The translations under genes and the position numbers were made by a program. DNA of 64,000 nucleotides from Candidatus Omnitrophota bacterium (GTDB taxonomy: Bacteria > Omnitrophota > Gorgyraeia > Zapsychrales > Zapsychraceae): positions 27,346 to 91,345 of the forward strand of contig JBFWOS010000001.1 in NCBI GenBank assembly GCA_050250375.1, in the 5' to 3' direction. Positions 52,520 through 63,335 of this stretch are shown here, one piece after another (position 1 is the stretch's first letter; each line of letters opens with the position of its first letter). Under the pieces are notes generated by a model. It was not told where the DNA came from and did no database searches. It saw nothing but the letters and a program-made list of their open reading frames with translations.

Positions 52520-53080
52520 CTACTCCGTGTGGAATCCAATTTTCTTTTTTGGGTTTTCATCTTCTTTCATCAAACGACGGATAACTTCAAAAACCGCATG
52601 TATATCCTGATCGTGACCTTCTACCTTACTTTCCAGTTCTTTTAACTTTACTGCTAATTCTTTATGCAATGACAGCGTCTCGCGCAATTTAACGAATGTT
52701 CTCATTATTGCGACATTAACCGTTATTGCCCTGTCACTATTTAAAACTCCCGAAAGCATGGCAACCCCTTGTTCAGTAAAAGCATACGTCCGATATTTAA
52801 TATTCTTCCCTCTTTTCAAGATCGCAGATTGCGATCTTGGTTGATTTCTGTCTAATTCAGATGAGATTTCTTGTAATTTCAAAGATTCAGACTCATTCCA
52901 AGTCAATTGGAACATGAAATCATCAGGAAATCTTTTCTTATTGCGCTTAACCTGTTCATTCAATCGAAAGGTTGGAACGCCGTAAAGCGCTGCCAAATCA
53001 CGATCAAGCATGACTTTCTGACCTCGAATAAAAAATATTTTATTAGTAACAATTTCGGTGGAAATAATTTTTGAAGGCAT
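52520..53080 (-). CDS. ORF6N-domain protein, paralog 3
   Basis: MPSKIISTEIVTNKIFFIRGQKVMLDRDLAALYGV...FTEQGVAMLSGVLNS...KIGFHTE. Confidence 0.7.
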   Translation of the reverse strand: MPSKIISTEIVTNKIFFIRGQKVMLDRDLAALYGVPTFRLNEQVKRNKKRFPDDFMFQLTWNESESLKLQEISSELDRNQPRSQSAILKRGKNIKYRTYAFTEQGVAMLSGVLNSDRAITVNVAIMRTFVKLRETLSLHKELAVKLKELESKVEGHDQDIHAVFEVIRRLMKEDENPKKKIGFHTE

Positions 53081-53169
53081 TTATTCTCCCTTTTTTATAC
53101 GGGGAGATCAAGCGGGGGATATTTTTGAATTATACTCCGCGGTTCGGGAAATGGCAAATGTGTCGCGAT

Positions 53170-53197
53170 GTACGGGCCGTTCGCGAACGGCCCCTAC
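53170..53197. repeat. REP-like palindrome GTACGGGCCGTTCGCGAACGGCCCCTAC
   Basis: Same 20-mer as at 1824-1843. Sits between ORF6N #3 and the downstream MTase gene end. Confidence 0.6.
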
Positions 53198-53898
53198 GCA
53201 TTTTTCCTGAGGAAAAACGCCCCCAGGAAATTCTGCTCCGGGAAGGCGTCGATGAGGCGCTGGTTGCCGCAGAGATCCATGCCGGAGGGTTTGATCACGT
53301 CTTCTTCCAGTTTTTCCCGGTAGGCAAAGCGCAGGCCCTTGTCGAAGATGAGGACCTCACGGCCGTGGTCGTAATCGGTGGAGAACGCGGCGATGCCGCC
53401 GGGTTTGATCACCCGGCCGATCTCTTTCATCAGGGCGCGCCGGGCCGCGGAGGTGAGGTGTTCGATCACACATATAGAAAAGACCCGGTCGAAATGGTTG
53501 TCGGGAAACGGCAGGGGTTTTCCGCCTTCGAGGTCGTAGGCCTTGATGTCCCAGCCCATTTTTTCGCCGACGTAATTTGTATTAAAATTGATCCCGCAGT
53601 TGTTCCAGTCATTGTCGATGATGGACACTTTACAGCCCAGGCCGGCCAGGTAAAAATTAAACGCGGTTGAGGCCCCGCCGATATCAAGGACCGTCTCCCC
53701 CGGTTTCACCCCGGAATGACAGAAACACCACGCGTTTTCCCAGGCGTTTTTCTTTTCGGAATAGTCGGTGTACATGCGCGGGACAAACGAGGCGGCGGTG
53801 GCGGTGTATTTTAATCCTTTGGCGGTGAGCGTTTTCTTGACCGCCTCGATACCTTCGGTGATGTGTTTGATCCCGGGGAGATCAAGATCTTCATCCAT
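53194..53898 (-). CDS. class I SAM-dependent methyltransferase
   Basis: VLDIGGASTAFNFYLAGLGCKVSIIDND is motif I. I prefer the start MDEDLDL at 53898. The longer track ORF adds an Arg-rich, improbable N-terminus. Confidence 0.6.
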   Translation of the reverse strand: MDEDLDLPGIKHITEGIEAVKKTLTAKGLKYTATAASFVPRMYTDYSEKKNAWENAWCFCHSGVKPGETVLDIGGASTAFNFYLAGLGCKVSIIDNDWNNCGINFNTNYVGEKMGWDIKAYDLEGGKPLPFPDNHFDRVFSICVIEHLTSAARRALMKEIGRVIKPGGIAAFSTDYDHGREVLIFDKGLRFAYREKLEEDVIKPSGMDLCGNQRLIDAFPEQNFLGAFFLRKNA

Positions 53899-54141
53899 CC
53901 ACAGCGCGCTGCGGTTGATGTGGTCTTTCGGATTGGGGACATTCCCTCCGACGGGTACGGTCCATTCCCCGGGTTGATCCGGAACAATCCCGGACGGGCC
54001 CAGGCGCCTGGCGCGGCGTTCGCACGCGCGCGTCTGATGCTGACGGCAGGCCTTGCGGAACCTTAAAAAACAATAATAAGTAAACGGAAGATACGGCGGG
54101 TATACATCCTTGCGGTCGTTTTTCATGGGCGCGTTTTTGTT

Positions 54142-55518
54142 TTATTTAAGGACCGCAAGCATGTCTTCGACCTTGACGAATTTTTCCCTCGGCTTGCCCG
54201 TCTTCTGGCCGTTGGCGATCTCGGCGGCGTCGATCTTTTTCCAGTCGGCGAAGCGCACGACCTTCACCCCTTTATTCTTGAGAAAGTTCAGCAGTTCCGA
54301 AGAGTTGGGGTTGACACACGGCGTGAGGCTGCCCGTGTCTTCCAGGATCTTCTGCACGGTCTCTTCGGAATCGGGTTTGTTGGTCCCGATGACTCCCGAA
54401 GGCCCGCGTTTGATCCAGCCCGCGCAGTACAATCCCTGAACGACCGCGCCTTTATCCGTGATGCGCCCGGCCGCGTTTTCAAACACGCCGTTTTTCTCAT
54501 CAAACGGTACCCCTTCAAGCGGGATGCCGCGGTAACCGACACTGCGAAAAAAGATGTCGCAGGGCTGTTCGATCTTTTTGCCTGTCCCACGGGCCTTTTG
54601 ATTACCGGCCTCGCCCGACAGGCTGTTTTTTTCCAGGATGACTTTTTCGATCCGGCCCGCGCCTTTTAATTCCACCGGGCTTTTCTGGAAGTGGCAGTAA
54701 AATTTTTTGGGTTTGTCACCCTGGCCGCGTTCGGAGAATCCTTTAAGGATCTCGAAATTCTTTTTCTTGGGCGCGTTGCCGGGATCGGCCAATTCCTGCT
54801 GGCTGATTTCACTGATATTCATGTCGGCCGGTTCCACCACCGGGTCACAATGCGTGAGTTCCCCGAACTCGCGGATTTCCACCGGCGTAAACGCCGACTG
54901 CGCCGGACCACGCCGTCCGATCATATGGATCTCTTCGATCTTACTTTTTTTGAGAGCCTCAAGCGCGTGCTCGGCGATGTCCGTGGTTTGTAATTCCTCA
55001 ACGGATTTGGCTAATATACGGCAGACGTCCATGGCCACGTTCCCCTGGCCGATGATGACGGCCCTTTTTCCGGAGAGGTCAAACACGCGGTCGCGGTATT
55101 CGGGGCGTCCGTTGTACCAGGCCACAAATTCAGTGGCGGTGTGGCTGCCTTCCAGGTCTTCCCCGGGAATGCCGAGCTTGCGGTCGGTCTCGGCCCCGCA
55201 GGTAAAGAGGATCGCGTCATAAAATTTTTTAAGGTCGGTGACGGAGATATCACGGCCCACCGTCACATTCAAAAAGAATTCCACATTCTCGCGTTCCGCG
55301 GTCTTCTCATACACCTTGATGACATTTTTGATCTTGGCATGATCGGGAGCAACCCCGTAACGGACCAGGCCGAAAGGCGCGGGCAGACGGTCAAAGAAAT
55401 CTATTTTTATTTTTTTATCGGATTTGGCGAGGGCTTCGGCCGCGTAAAACCCGCTGGGGCCGCTGCCGACGATGGCGACACGTAAAGGACGAGCTTCTGT
55501 ACCGAGATTAGAGGACAT
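54142..55518 (-). CDS. FAD-dependent NADPH:ferredoxin/adrenodoxin-type reductase (FprA-like)
   Basis: [14 protein letters not shown] is the FAD GxGxxG motif, with a second NAD(P)-binding GQGNVAMDV. Start at MSSNLG (55518). Confidence 0.7.
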   Translation of the reverse strand: MSSNLGTEARPLRVAIVGSGPSGFYAAEALAKSDKKIKIDFFDRLPAPFGLVRYGVAPDHAKIKNVIKVYEKTAERENVEFFLNVTVGRDISVTDLKKFYDAILFTCGAETDRKLGIPGEDLEGSHTATEFVAWYNGRPEYRDRVFDLSGKRAVIIGQGNVAMDVCRILAKSVEELQTTDIAEHALEALKKSKIEEIHMIGRRGPAQSAFTPVEIREFGELTHCDPVVEPADMNISEISQQELADPGNAPKKKNFEILKGFSERGQGDKPKKFYCHFQKSPVELKGAGRIEKVILEKNSLSGEAGNQKARGTGKKIEQPCDIFFRSVGYRGIPLEGVPFDEKNGVFENAAGRITDKGAVVQGLYCAGWIKRGPSGVIGTNKPDSEETVQKILEDTGSLTPCVNPNSSELLNFLKNKGVKVVRFADWKKIDAAEIANGQKTGKPREKFVKVEDMLAVLK

Positions 55519-55679
55519 GCCTGCTCCTTTGATCAGATATGTTGGCCGGATTTTTATTACCGCTACTATATAATGGTACAAAATTCTTGTCAACATCCAT
55601 ATTTGGTAAAATCCTGCTTGACTTATACTAACGTTTTGATATTCTTATTCAAACAATAAAAATTTCTTGGAGCCCCTAA

Positions 55680-56816
55680 ATGCTGATTGGTGTACCAAAA
55701 GAAATCCATCCCGGTGAACACAGAACTCCCCTCATCCCTGCTTCCGTTGATCGTCTCGTTAAAAAAGGAATAGAAATCCAGGTCGAATCCGGCCTCGGTC
55801 TGTCGATCGGCCTGAAGGATGACGAATATACCAAGGCCGGCGCGAAGATCGCCGACCGCGAAACCGTTTTGACCACGTCTGATATGATCCTGCGTTTGCG
55901 TATCCCTCCCAAGGAAGAAATCGCGAGGCTTAAAAAGGGAAGTATCCATGTGAGTTTTCTGGATCCGTTTAATGAAGGTGTGCTGATTGACGAGTTTATC
56001 AAAAACAAGATCAGCGCGGTCAGTATGGAGATGATCCCGCGCACGACCTTCGCGCAGAAAATGGACGCGCTCAGTTCGCAGGCGAACCTGGCCGGTTACG
56101 TGACGGTCATCCTCGCGGCGGAACGTTCCAAAAAAATATTTCCGATGATGAACACCCCGGCCGGGACGATTGCCCCTACCCGTGTCTTTGTCATCGGCGC
56201 CGGTGTGGCCGGACTGCAGGCGATCGCGACCGCCAAACGGTTGGGCGCGCGCGTGGAGGCCTTTGACACCCGCCCGGTCGTTGAAGAACAGGTGCAGTCT
56301 TTGGGCGCGAAATTTATCAAGATCGATTTGGGCGAGACCGGACAGACCAAGGACGGTTACGCCAAGGCTTTAACCGAAGAACAACTCAAGATCCAGCGCG
56401 ACGGCATGGCCAAGGTCTGCGCTTCTTCTGATATTGTGATTACAACGGCCCAGCTGTTCGGACGCAAGGCGCCGGTCATCCTCACCAAAGAGATGGTCGC
56501 GCAGATGAAACCGGGCAGTATCATTGTGGACATGGCGGTTGAGTCCGGCGGCAACGTGGAAGGTTCAAAACTTAATGAGGAAGTGGACGTCAACGGGGTC
56601 ACGATCATCGGCCTGGGGAATCTGCCGGCCAAGGTCGCGGTGCACGCGAGCCAGATGTATTCCTCCAACCTCTTTAACCTGGTGGACACGTTCTGGGACA
56701 AAGACGCCAAGACATTTAATCTTGATACGGCGCACGAGATCTTTAAGGGCTGCCTCATCACCCACAACGGTGAACTGGTCAGCGAGATGATTAAAAATTT
56801 CAGGAACAAAGGTTAA
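55680..56816 (+). CDS. pntAA: NAD(P) transhydrogenase subunit alpha part 1
   Basis: Alanine-dehydrogenase/PNT N-terminal domain followed by the NAD-binding domain (VFVIGAGVAGLQA). Confidence 0.85.
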   Translation: MLIGVPKEIHPGEHRTPLIPASVDRLVKKGIEIQVESGLGLSIGLKDDEYTKAGAKIADRETVLTTSDMILRLRIPPKEEIARLKKGSIHVSFLDPFNEGVLIDEFIKNKISAVSMEMIPRTTFAQKMDALSSQANLAGYVTVILAAERSKKIFPMMNTPAGTIAPTRVFVIGAGVAGLQAIATAKRLGARVEAFDTRPVVEEQVQSLGAKFIKIDLGETGQTKDGYAKALTEEQLKIQRDGMAKVCASSDIVITTAQLFGRKAPVILTKEMVAQMKPGSIIVDMAVESGGNVEGSKLNEEVDVNGVTIIGLGNLPAKVAVHASQMYSSNLFNLVDTFWDKDAKTFNLDTAHEIFKGCLITHNGELVSEMIKNFRNKG

Positions 56817-56819
56817 CCT

Positions 56820-57134
56820 ATGGACCCGCAAACACTCGTCTTCTTATTTTTCGTTTTTATGCTCTCGGTCTTTCTCGGCTTTGAACTGATCGCCAAGGTT
56901 CCGGCCACCCTGCACACGCCGTTGATGTCCGGGGCCAACGCCATTTCCGGGATCACGATTGTCGGTTCGATTATCGCGGCCGGCGGCGAAGGGAATAATA
57001 TCAGCTTAATCCTGGGCGCGATCTCGGTCTGCCTGGCCACCATCAACGTGGTCGGCGGGTACATTGTCACCGACCGGATGCTGGCGATGTTCAAGAAAAA
57101 AGAAACACCCAAACCGGGAGCCGCCAAATCATGA
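56820..57134 (+). CDS. pntAB: NAD(P) transhydrogenase subunit alpha part 2 (membrane)
   Basis: 104-aa hydrophobic protein lying between pntAA and pntB. Confidence 0.8.
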   Translation: MDPQTLVFLFFVFMLSVFLGFELIAKVPATLHTPLMSGANAISGITIVGSIIAAGGEGNNISLILGAISVCLATINVVGGYIVTDRMLAMFKKKETPKPGAAKS

Positions 57135-58501
57135 GTAATTTCGCCATCAATTTAGCGTACATTGTCTCCGCGGTCCTTTTTATTTTCGGTTTAAAGATGT
57201 TGGGTTCTCCAGCCACTGCCCGTAAAGGGAACATGGTATCGGGAGTCGGTATGCTGCTTGCGGTGATTGCTGTCATGCTCACCAACGGTTTGTCATTCAC
57301 CAGCATCATCATCGCGATGCTGATCGGTACGGCCATCGGCGCGGTTGCGGCGAAAGTCGTGGCGATGACGGCGATGCCGGAAATGGTCGCCCTTTTTAAC
57401 GGCTCAGGCGGCGCGGCCAGTCTCCTCTTGGGATGGGCGGCGTATCATTACAACGGGCACATGGATATGTTTACAACCGTGACGACGATCCTTTCCGTTC
57501 TGATCGGCGGTATCACGTTAACCGGAAGTGTGGTGGCCTGGGGCAAGCTCAGCGAAAAGATCACCAGCAAACCGGTCCTTTATAAAGGCCAGCAGGTGGT
57601 CAATTCCCTAATCCTGGTGGGTGTCATCATCGGTTCAATCGTTTTCTGCCTGAACCCGTCTGAAAATTACCCGATCTTCCTTTTAATCGTCCTGGTTTCT
57701 TTTGTGCTGGGTGTGCTGGTTGTCATCCCCATCGGCGGGGCGGATATGCCGGTGGTCATTTCCCTCTTAAACAGTTATTCCGGTCTCGCGGCCTGCGCGG
57801 CCGGGTTTGTCATTCAAAATACAATCCTGATTGTGGCCGGGGCCTTGGTCGGCGCGAGCGGGATTATCCTGACGAATATTATGTGCAAGGCCATGAACCG
57901 TCCGTTGTCGAATGTGCTGTTCAGCGGGTTCGGGGCGGTGACCGAATCAGGCGCGGGCGCGGGTGTTAAAGGCGAGGCCAAACCGATTTCCGCCAAAGAC
58001 GCTTATTATGTGTTGGAAGCGGCCGGTTCCGTCGTGTTTGTCCCGGGTTACGGGATGGCGGTGGCGCAGGCCCAGCACGTGGTGCGCGAACTCGGGCAGC
58101 TGCTTGAGGCCAACGGTTCGGAAGTCAGTTACGCGATCCATCCGGTGGCGGGACGTATGCCCGGCCACATGAATGTCCTTCTGGCCGAGGCGAACGTGCC
58201 TTACGACCAGCTGGTGGAAATGGACGCGATCAATCCCACCATTGAAAATATCGACGTCGCCATTGTCATCGGCGCCAACGACGTGGTCAACCCCGCGGCG
58301 CGCCACGACAAGACCTCCCCCATTTACGGCATGCCGATCATCAACGTGGACAAGGCCAAGACGGTGTTTGTCCTGAAACGTTCGATGAACACCGGTTTCG
58401 CCGGCGTACAAAACGAACTCTTCTTTTACGACAACACCCGCATGCTCTTCGGTGACGCCAAAGAATCCATCGCGACCCTGGTTGCGGAATTCAAAAAATA
58501 A
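57131..58501 (+). CDS. pntB: NAD(P) transhydrogenase subunit beta
   Basis: Polytopic N-terminus plus a C-terminal NADP(H)-binding domain (GYGMAVAQAQ...). Overlaps the pntAB stop. Confidence 0.9.
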   Translation: MSNFAINLAYIVSAVLFIFGLKMLGSPATARKGNMVSGVGMLLAVIAVMLTNGLSFTSIIIAMLIGTAIGAVAAKVVAMTAMPEMVALFNGSGGAASLLLGWAAYHYNGHMDMFTTVTTILSVLIGGITLTGSVVAWGKLSEKITSKPVLYKGQQVVNSLILVGVIIGSIVFCLNPSENYPIFLLIVLVSFVLGVLVVIPIGGADMPVVISLLNSYSGLAACAAGFVIQNTILIVAGALVGASGIILTNIMCKAMNRPLSNVLFSGFGAVTESGAGAGVKGEAKPISAKDAYYVLEAAGSVVFVPGYGMAVAQAQHVVRELGQLLEANGSEVSYAIHPVAGRMPGHMNVLLAEANVPYDQLVEMDAINPTIENIDVAIVIGANDVVNPAARHDKTSPIYGMPIINVDKAKTVFVLKRSMNTGFAGVQNELFFYDNTRMLFGDAKESIATLVAEFKK

Positions 58502-58551
58502 CCGGATCCCCTTCTCTTATAATTAATAACGACAGGCTGGTTAAAACTGTT

Positions 58552-58959
58552 TTAGATGATCCGCTTGGCGGATTTTCGTTTGGTCGTGGTTTTGACAGCG
58601 GCCGCGCCGGAGGAAAAAGTCTTGGCGCTGCGCTTTTTGGTGGCGGTCTTGAGGAATTTGACGGCGATCAGGAACAATGTCCCTGATTTTTTTTCGGTTG
58701 AACGGATCACCTTGGCCGGACCCTGAAAAATATCCAGGACCCCGGACATGACCACCCGGATATCCAGGATATCGCCCTGGTCGTATTTGACCTCGCTGTA
58801 AAACGAAATCCCGCCCAGGCTCATGTCTTCGGTGGTGGAAAGATGTATGGATGTGTCGGTATTCTTGCGTGACGATTTGGCCAGTTTGAATTCAACACTC
58901 AGGACCCGTTTGGCGCGGATGTATTGCCTGCGTTCAATGCCTGTTTTCTGTTTGACCAT
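58552..58959 (-). CDS. PilZ domain protein
   Basis: RRQYIRAKR and DMSLGGISF are the PilZ c-di-GMP-binding motifs. Confidence 0.65.
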   Translation of the reverse strand: MVKQKTGIERRQYIRAKRVLSVEFKLAKSSRKNTDTSIHLSTTEDMSLGGISFYSEVKYDQGDILDIRVVMSGVLDIFQGPAKVIRSTEKKSGTLFLIAVKFLKTATKKRSAKTFSSGAAAVKTTTKRKSAKRII

Positions 58960-59036
58960 GACCTGCTTCCTTTTTCCCGATTTGGTTTTTCTTAGAATAA
59001 ATCCAACTCAATGCTTCGTCAAGCGATAACTTCCAT

Positions 59037-59522
59037 TTAATCTTTTGTCCCCGGGACATTGTATTCGAGTTTTAACGGGCCGGCCGGAAGATCAACGGAG
59101 GTTTGAACCTCGTACAGGACGTTCTGCATCAGGCACAGCCCCTGGTCGCCGGTCTTGCAATAATAAATCCCCAGCTTGATGTAATAGACCGGATCATCAA
59201 TCCGGCGGCCGATCACGTAATGGCGCGTGTCGACGAAGATCTCCCGTTTCAGGATCAATTCGCCTTCGCCGGAAAAAAATTCTATCTTTGGATTCGCCTC
59301 CACCAGCAATTCATGCCCCTGCGGAAATTTCAGATCCAGGCTCAAAAGGGTGATCTGGGCCGGATAGGTTCCGGGCAGCGTGATCCGTTCGCCTAAAAAA
59401 TTTTTCATGTCCAGCCGATCAATCTGCTGACCGGGAACCTCCAGGACTTCGGTCACGGTGTGACTGCAGGCCGTGTTAAAAACTAAAACCCCGAGCCATA
59501 AAATAAGTGTTGTCTTTTTCAT
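59037..59522 (-). CDS. hypothetical lipoprotein
   Basis: Start at MKKTTLILWLGVLVFNTACS (lipobox). The longer track ORF would overlap fumC. Confidence 0.5.
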   Translation of the reverse strand: MKKTTLILWLGVLVFNTACSHTVTEVLEVPGQQIDRLDMKNFLGERITLPGTYPAQITLLSLDLKFPQGHELLVEANPKIEFFSGEGELILKREIFVDTRHYVIGRRIDDPVYYIKLGIYYCKTGDQGLCLMQNVLYEVQTSVDLPAGPLKLEYNVPGTKD

Positions 59523-59532
59523 CACCCGTCTC

Positions 59533-60924
59533 CTATTCCTTCGGCCCCAGCATCTTTTCGGGGCGGACAATTTCGTCAAATTTTTCCGGTGTAAGCAGGT
59601 CGAGCGCGACCGCGGCCTCTTTAAGGGTGGTGTTTTCCTGATGGGCCTTTTTGGCGACCTTGGCCGCGTTATCGTAACCGATGTGGGGGTTCAAGGCCGT
59701 CACCAACATCAGGGAATGCTCGAGATGTTTTTTCACGTTTTCTTTATTCGGGACAATCCCGACGGCGCAATGGTCTTTAAACGCGGCGCAGGCGTCCCCT
59801 AACAACCGGATCGACTGCAGGAGATTAAAGATCATCACCGGTTTGTAGACATTCAGTTCAAAATTTCCGCTCGCGCCGGCCATATTGATCGCGACGTCAT
59901 TGCCCATTACCTGCACGCAGACCATGGTCATGGCCTCGCACTGGGTGGGGTTGACTTTTCCCGGCATGATGGAACTGCCCGGTTCATTTTCCGGCAGGCT
60001 GATCTCACCAATACCGCAACGCGGGCCGGACCCGAGCCAACGGATGTCATTGGCGATCTTATTTAGAGAAGCCGCCAGGGTTTTCAGGACTCCGCTGAAT
60101 TCAACCACCGCGTCATGCGCGGCCAGGGCCTCGAATTTATTTTCAGCCGTGATAAACGGCAGGCCGGACAGTTCAGCAATTTTCTTGGCCGCGGCAACGG
60201 CAAATTTAGGATGGGTGTTTAATCCCGTGCCGACCGCGGTCCCGCCCAGGGCGAGTTCGTACAAACGCGGCAGGGCGTTTTCGATCCTGATGAGTCCGTT
60301 CGTTAGTTGTTTGGCATACGCGGAAAATTCATTACCGAGGGTGACAGGCGTCGCGTCCATCAGATGAGTACGGCCGATCTTGATGATGTCTTTAAATTCT
60401 TTGGCCTTTTTATCGAGCGCGTCGCGAAGCCCAATGACCGCCGGAATAAGACACGCGTGGATCTGTTTGACCGCGGCCACGTGCATCGCCGCCGGGAATA
60501 CGTCATTCGAAGACTGCGCCTTGTTGCAGTCGTCGTTGGGGTGAATGGGTTTCTTGCTGCCCATGGTCCCGCCCGCGAGTTCAATCGCGCGGTTGGAGAT
60601 GACTTCGTTGGCGTTCATGTTGGTCTGCGTGCCGCTTCCGGTCTGCCAGACCGACAACGGAAAATGCGCGTTGAGTTTTCCTTCAATCACTTCATCGGCC
60701 GCCTGCACGATCAATTTCACTTTGCCTTGTTCGAGCAAACCCAGCTCCCCGTTGACCAGGGCCGCGGACTTTTTGATGATCCCCAGCGCCCAGATGATCT
60801 CTTCGGGAAAGGTCTCCACCCCGATCGGGAAATGGATCAGGGAACGCGCGGTCTGCGCCCCGTAATATTTATCAGCCGGGACCTTGATCTCGCCCATGCT
60901 GTCGGATTCGGTTCGGTAATTCAT
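59533..60924 (-). CDS. fumC: fumarate hydratase class II
   Basis: Collinear with E. coli FumC along its length, including [20 protein letters not shown]. Confidence 0.9.
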   Translation of the reverse strand: MNYRTESDSMGEIKVPADKYYGAQTARSLIHFPIGVETFPEEIIWALGIIKKSAALVNGELGLLEQGKVKLIVQAADEVIEGKLNAHFPLSVWQTGSGTQTNMNANEVISNRAIELAGGTMGSKKPIHPNDDCNKAQSSNDVFPAAMHVAAVKQIHACLIPAVIGLRDALDKKAKEFKDIIKIGRTHLMDATPVTLGNEFSAYAKQLTNGLIRIENALPRLYELALGGTAVGTGLNTHPKFAVAAAKKIAELSGLPFITAENKFEALAAHDAVVEFSGVLKTLAASLNKIANDIRWLGSGPRCGIGEISLPENEPGSSIMPGKVNPTQCEAMTMVCVQVMGNDVAINMAGASGNFELNVYKPVMIFNLLQSIRLLGDACAAFKDHCAVGIVPNKENVKKHLEHSLMLVTALNPHIGYDNAAKVAKKAHQENTTLKEAAVALDLLTPEKFDEIVRPEKMLGPKE

Positions 60925-60944
60925 GGTTGTCTGGCTCCTTACGC

Positions 60945-61694
60945 CTATTTAGAAGTTGCTTTGTCGGTGAATACTTTCATCAAATCGATCGGGATCGGGA
61001 ACAGGGTGGTCGTGTTGTTTTCCCCGCCGATCTCAACCAGGGTCTGCAGATAACGCAATTGAAGCGCCATCGGATATTCCTGCATCAGTTTCGCGGCCTC
61101 ACACACCTTGGCGGCGGCTTCGAATTCCCCTTCCGCGGCAATGACCTTGGCCCGGCGTTCGCGTTCGGCCTCGGCCTGACGCGCCATGGCCTTCCTTAAA
61201 TCTTCCGAGATGTCCACGTGTTTGACTTCCACGTCGGTGACCTTGATGCCCCACGGGTCCGTGCTTTTATCGAGGATGGTCTGCAGTTTTTCATTGATCT
61301 TTTCACGGTTGGCCAAAAGGTCGTCAAAATCCATTTCCCCCAGGACACTTCTTAATGTGGTCTGCGCTTTTTGAGATGTGGCATACTGGTAATTCTGGAT
61401 CTCAACGTCCGCCTTGATCGGGTCAATCACCCGGAAATAACACACGGCGTTGACCTTGGCCGAGACGTTGTCTTTGGTGATAATATCCTGCGGAGGAACA
61501 TCAAGGGTGATAATTCTTGAGCTGATAATAACAGCGCGTTCAAACGGCCACATCACAAAAACAACTCCCGGACCGCGCGGCTTTTCAACAACCCGGCCGA
61601 GCTGGTAAATGACGGCCCGTTCATATTCATTGAGGATCTTGACCCAGTTCCACAATAAAAATAAAATGACTCCGATAAAGACGATAAATCCCAT
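60945..61694 (-). CDS. SPFH/band 7 (stomatin-like) protein
   Basis: N-terminal TM segment followed by an SPFH domain. Paired with the downstream NfeD gene. Confidence 0.85.
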   Translation of the reverse strand: MGFIVFIGVILFLLWNWVKILNEYERAVIYQLGRVVEKPRGPGVVFVMWPFERAVIISSRIITLDVPPQDIITKDNVSAKVNAVCYFRVIDPIKADVEIQNYQYATSQKAQTTLRSVLGEMDFDDLLANREKINEKLQTILDKSTDPWGIKVTDVEVKHVDISEDLRKAMARQAEAERERRAKVIAAEGEFEAAAKVCEAAKLMQEYPMALQLRYLQTLVEIGGENNTTTLFPIPIDLMKVFTDKATSK

Positions 61695-61755
61695 AATGTA
61701 CTCCCGTTTATTTTTTTCTCAATCCCGTTCAGGACAGGATTGACGCGGTCTTCGT

Positions 61756-63333
61756 TTAAGAGGACCGTTCTGTTGATTTTTTCCGTACGGTCAAAAGCAT
61801 TCCCTTGGACGATTCAACGATCACTTTTTCACCCGTCTCAATGTCCTGCGCGGCGGTCGCGTTCCATAATTCGCCGGACACAAAAATCTTTCCCTCCGCT
61901 CCCTTTAAAATCGCGCGTTTGACCTCGCCCTCTTCCCCGATCAGCCGGTCAAAACCGACTTTGGATTTTTTGTGCTGGTTCTTGAGGAGATACGTGATGA
62001 CAAATAACGAGATCACGGTGGTCGACAGCGCGAAGCCGCCGATGATCACCTTGGAAACACGCATGACCGGGTCGGCCGAATCAAACAGCAGCATTGAACC
62101 CAGCACCATACAAATTATCCCGCCCAAGGTCAGCATCCCGAAAGCCGGCGTGTACGCCTCGGCAATCAAAAGGACCAGCCCCAGGATGGTCAGCGCCAGG
62201 CCCGCGTAATTCGTCGGTAAAGTCTGCATACTGTAAAACGCGAGGATCAGAAAAATAGCTCCGATGATCCCGGGCGCGCCGAATCCCGGATGGGTGACTT
62301 CAAATAATAAACCGTAAAACCCGAGGATCATCAGAAGATACGCGATGTTCGGGTTGGCCAGGATGTTAAAAAATTTCTGGCGGAAATCCATCGGGATGGT
62401 TTCGATGTGCGCGTGTCTGGTGTCCAGGACAACCTCATGCCCGTTGACATTCACCTTGTATCCGTCGAGTTTCACCATCAGTTCGCTTAGGTCGGTTGCG
62501 ACAAATTCAACCACTTTCTTTTCCAGGGCCTCGTCACTGGTGATCGAGTCGCTGTGCGCGACACTCTGCACCGCCCATTCCACGTTGCGGTTGCGTTCGA
62601 TCGCGATCGATTTGATAAACGCGACCGTATCGTTTAAAATCTTGCTGCTCATCGGGTCGTCATCCGGCTCAATCGGTTTTTCTTTTTTGGCTTCAACCGG
62701 CTGTTCTTTGGTCTCTTCGGCCGGGACAGACTGTTCCCCGGACGCGGTTTCGCCGGCCTTATCTGAATCCGATTTCTCCTGGGTCTCTGCCGGTTCTTCG
62801 CTTGAGTCCTGCGATTTCTTCTGTTCGATTTGTTTGGCCCGGATCTCTTCGAGCAAATCTTTCAATTCCCGCCAGTCGGATTTTTCTTTGGGGGCGGAAC
62901 CGCCGCCGAAATCCACCGGATGGGCCGCGCCGATATTGGTCGAAGGCGCCATCGCCGCGACGTGACTGGCGTAGGTGATAAAGACACCGGCTGATCCGGC
63001 GCGTGAACCGCTCGGTGACACGTAAACCACGATCGGCACCGGAGAGGTCAGCATCTTTTTGACAATGGTCCGGGTGGATGATAATAAACCGCCGGGGGTA
63101 TCCAGCTCAATGACCAGCATGCGCGCCCGGTCCCGTTCGGCGCGGTCAATGGCCTTGGAGATGTATTCGGCCGTGACCGGATTGACGGTGTCATCCTCGA
63201 GGCTGATCACATACACTTTATTGGACGGGTTCGAGCCGGCCGTTGAAAAATTCAGCAGGCCGAACGACACGGTGCATATTAAGGTATACAGAAATATTCG
63301 CCACTTTTTCTTAAACGGCATCTTTGCCCCCAT
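61756..63333 (-). CDS. NfeD-family membrane-bound ClpP-class protease
   Basis: N-terminal ClpP-like domain (VIELDTPGG), an acidic/lysine-rich low-complexity insert, and a C-terminal TM + OB region. Confidence 0.8.
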   Translation of the reverse strand: MGAKMPFKKKWRIFLYTLICTVSFGLLNFSTAGSNPSNKVYVISLEDDTVNPVTAEYISKAIDRAERDRARMLVIELDTPGGLLSSTRTIVKKMLTSPVPIVVYVSPSGSRAGSAGVFITYASHVAAMAPSTNIGAAHPVDFGGGSAPKEKSDWRELKDLLEEIRAKQIEQKKSQDSSEEPAETQEKSDSDKAGETASGEQSVPAEETKEQPVEAKKEKPIEPDDDPMSSKILNDTVAFIKSIAIERNRNVEWAVQSVAHSDSITSDEALEKKVVEFVATDLSELMVKLDGYKVNVNGHEVVLDTRHAHIETIPMDFRQKFFNILANPNIAYLLMILGFYGLLFEVTHPGFGAPGIIGAIFLILAFYSMQTLPTNYAGLALTILGLVLLIAEAYTPAFGMLTLGGIICMVLGSMLLFDSADPVMRVSKVIIGGFALSTTVISLFVITYLLKNQHKKSKVGFDRLIGEEGEVKRAILKGAEGKIFVSGELWNATAAQDIETGEKVIVESSKGMLLTVRKKSTERSS

Positions 63334-63335
63334 GA

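Noticed and set aside
54707-55485. Plus-strand ORFs inside the FprA-like reductase gene and minus ORFs inside pntAA/pntB (56096-56350, 56357-56809, 57947-58411)
   Set aside because: Antisense to well-supported, motif-complete metabolic genes.
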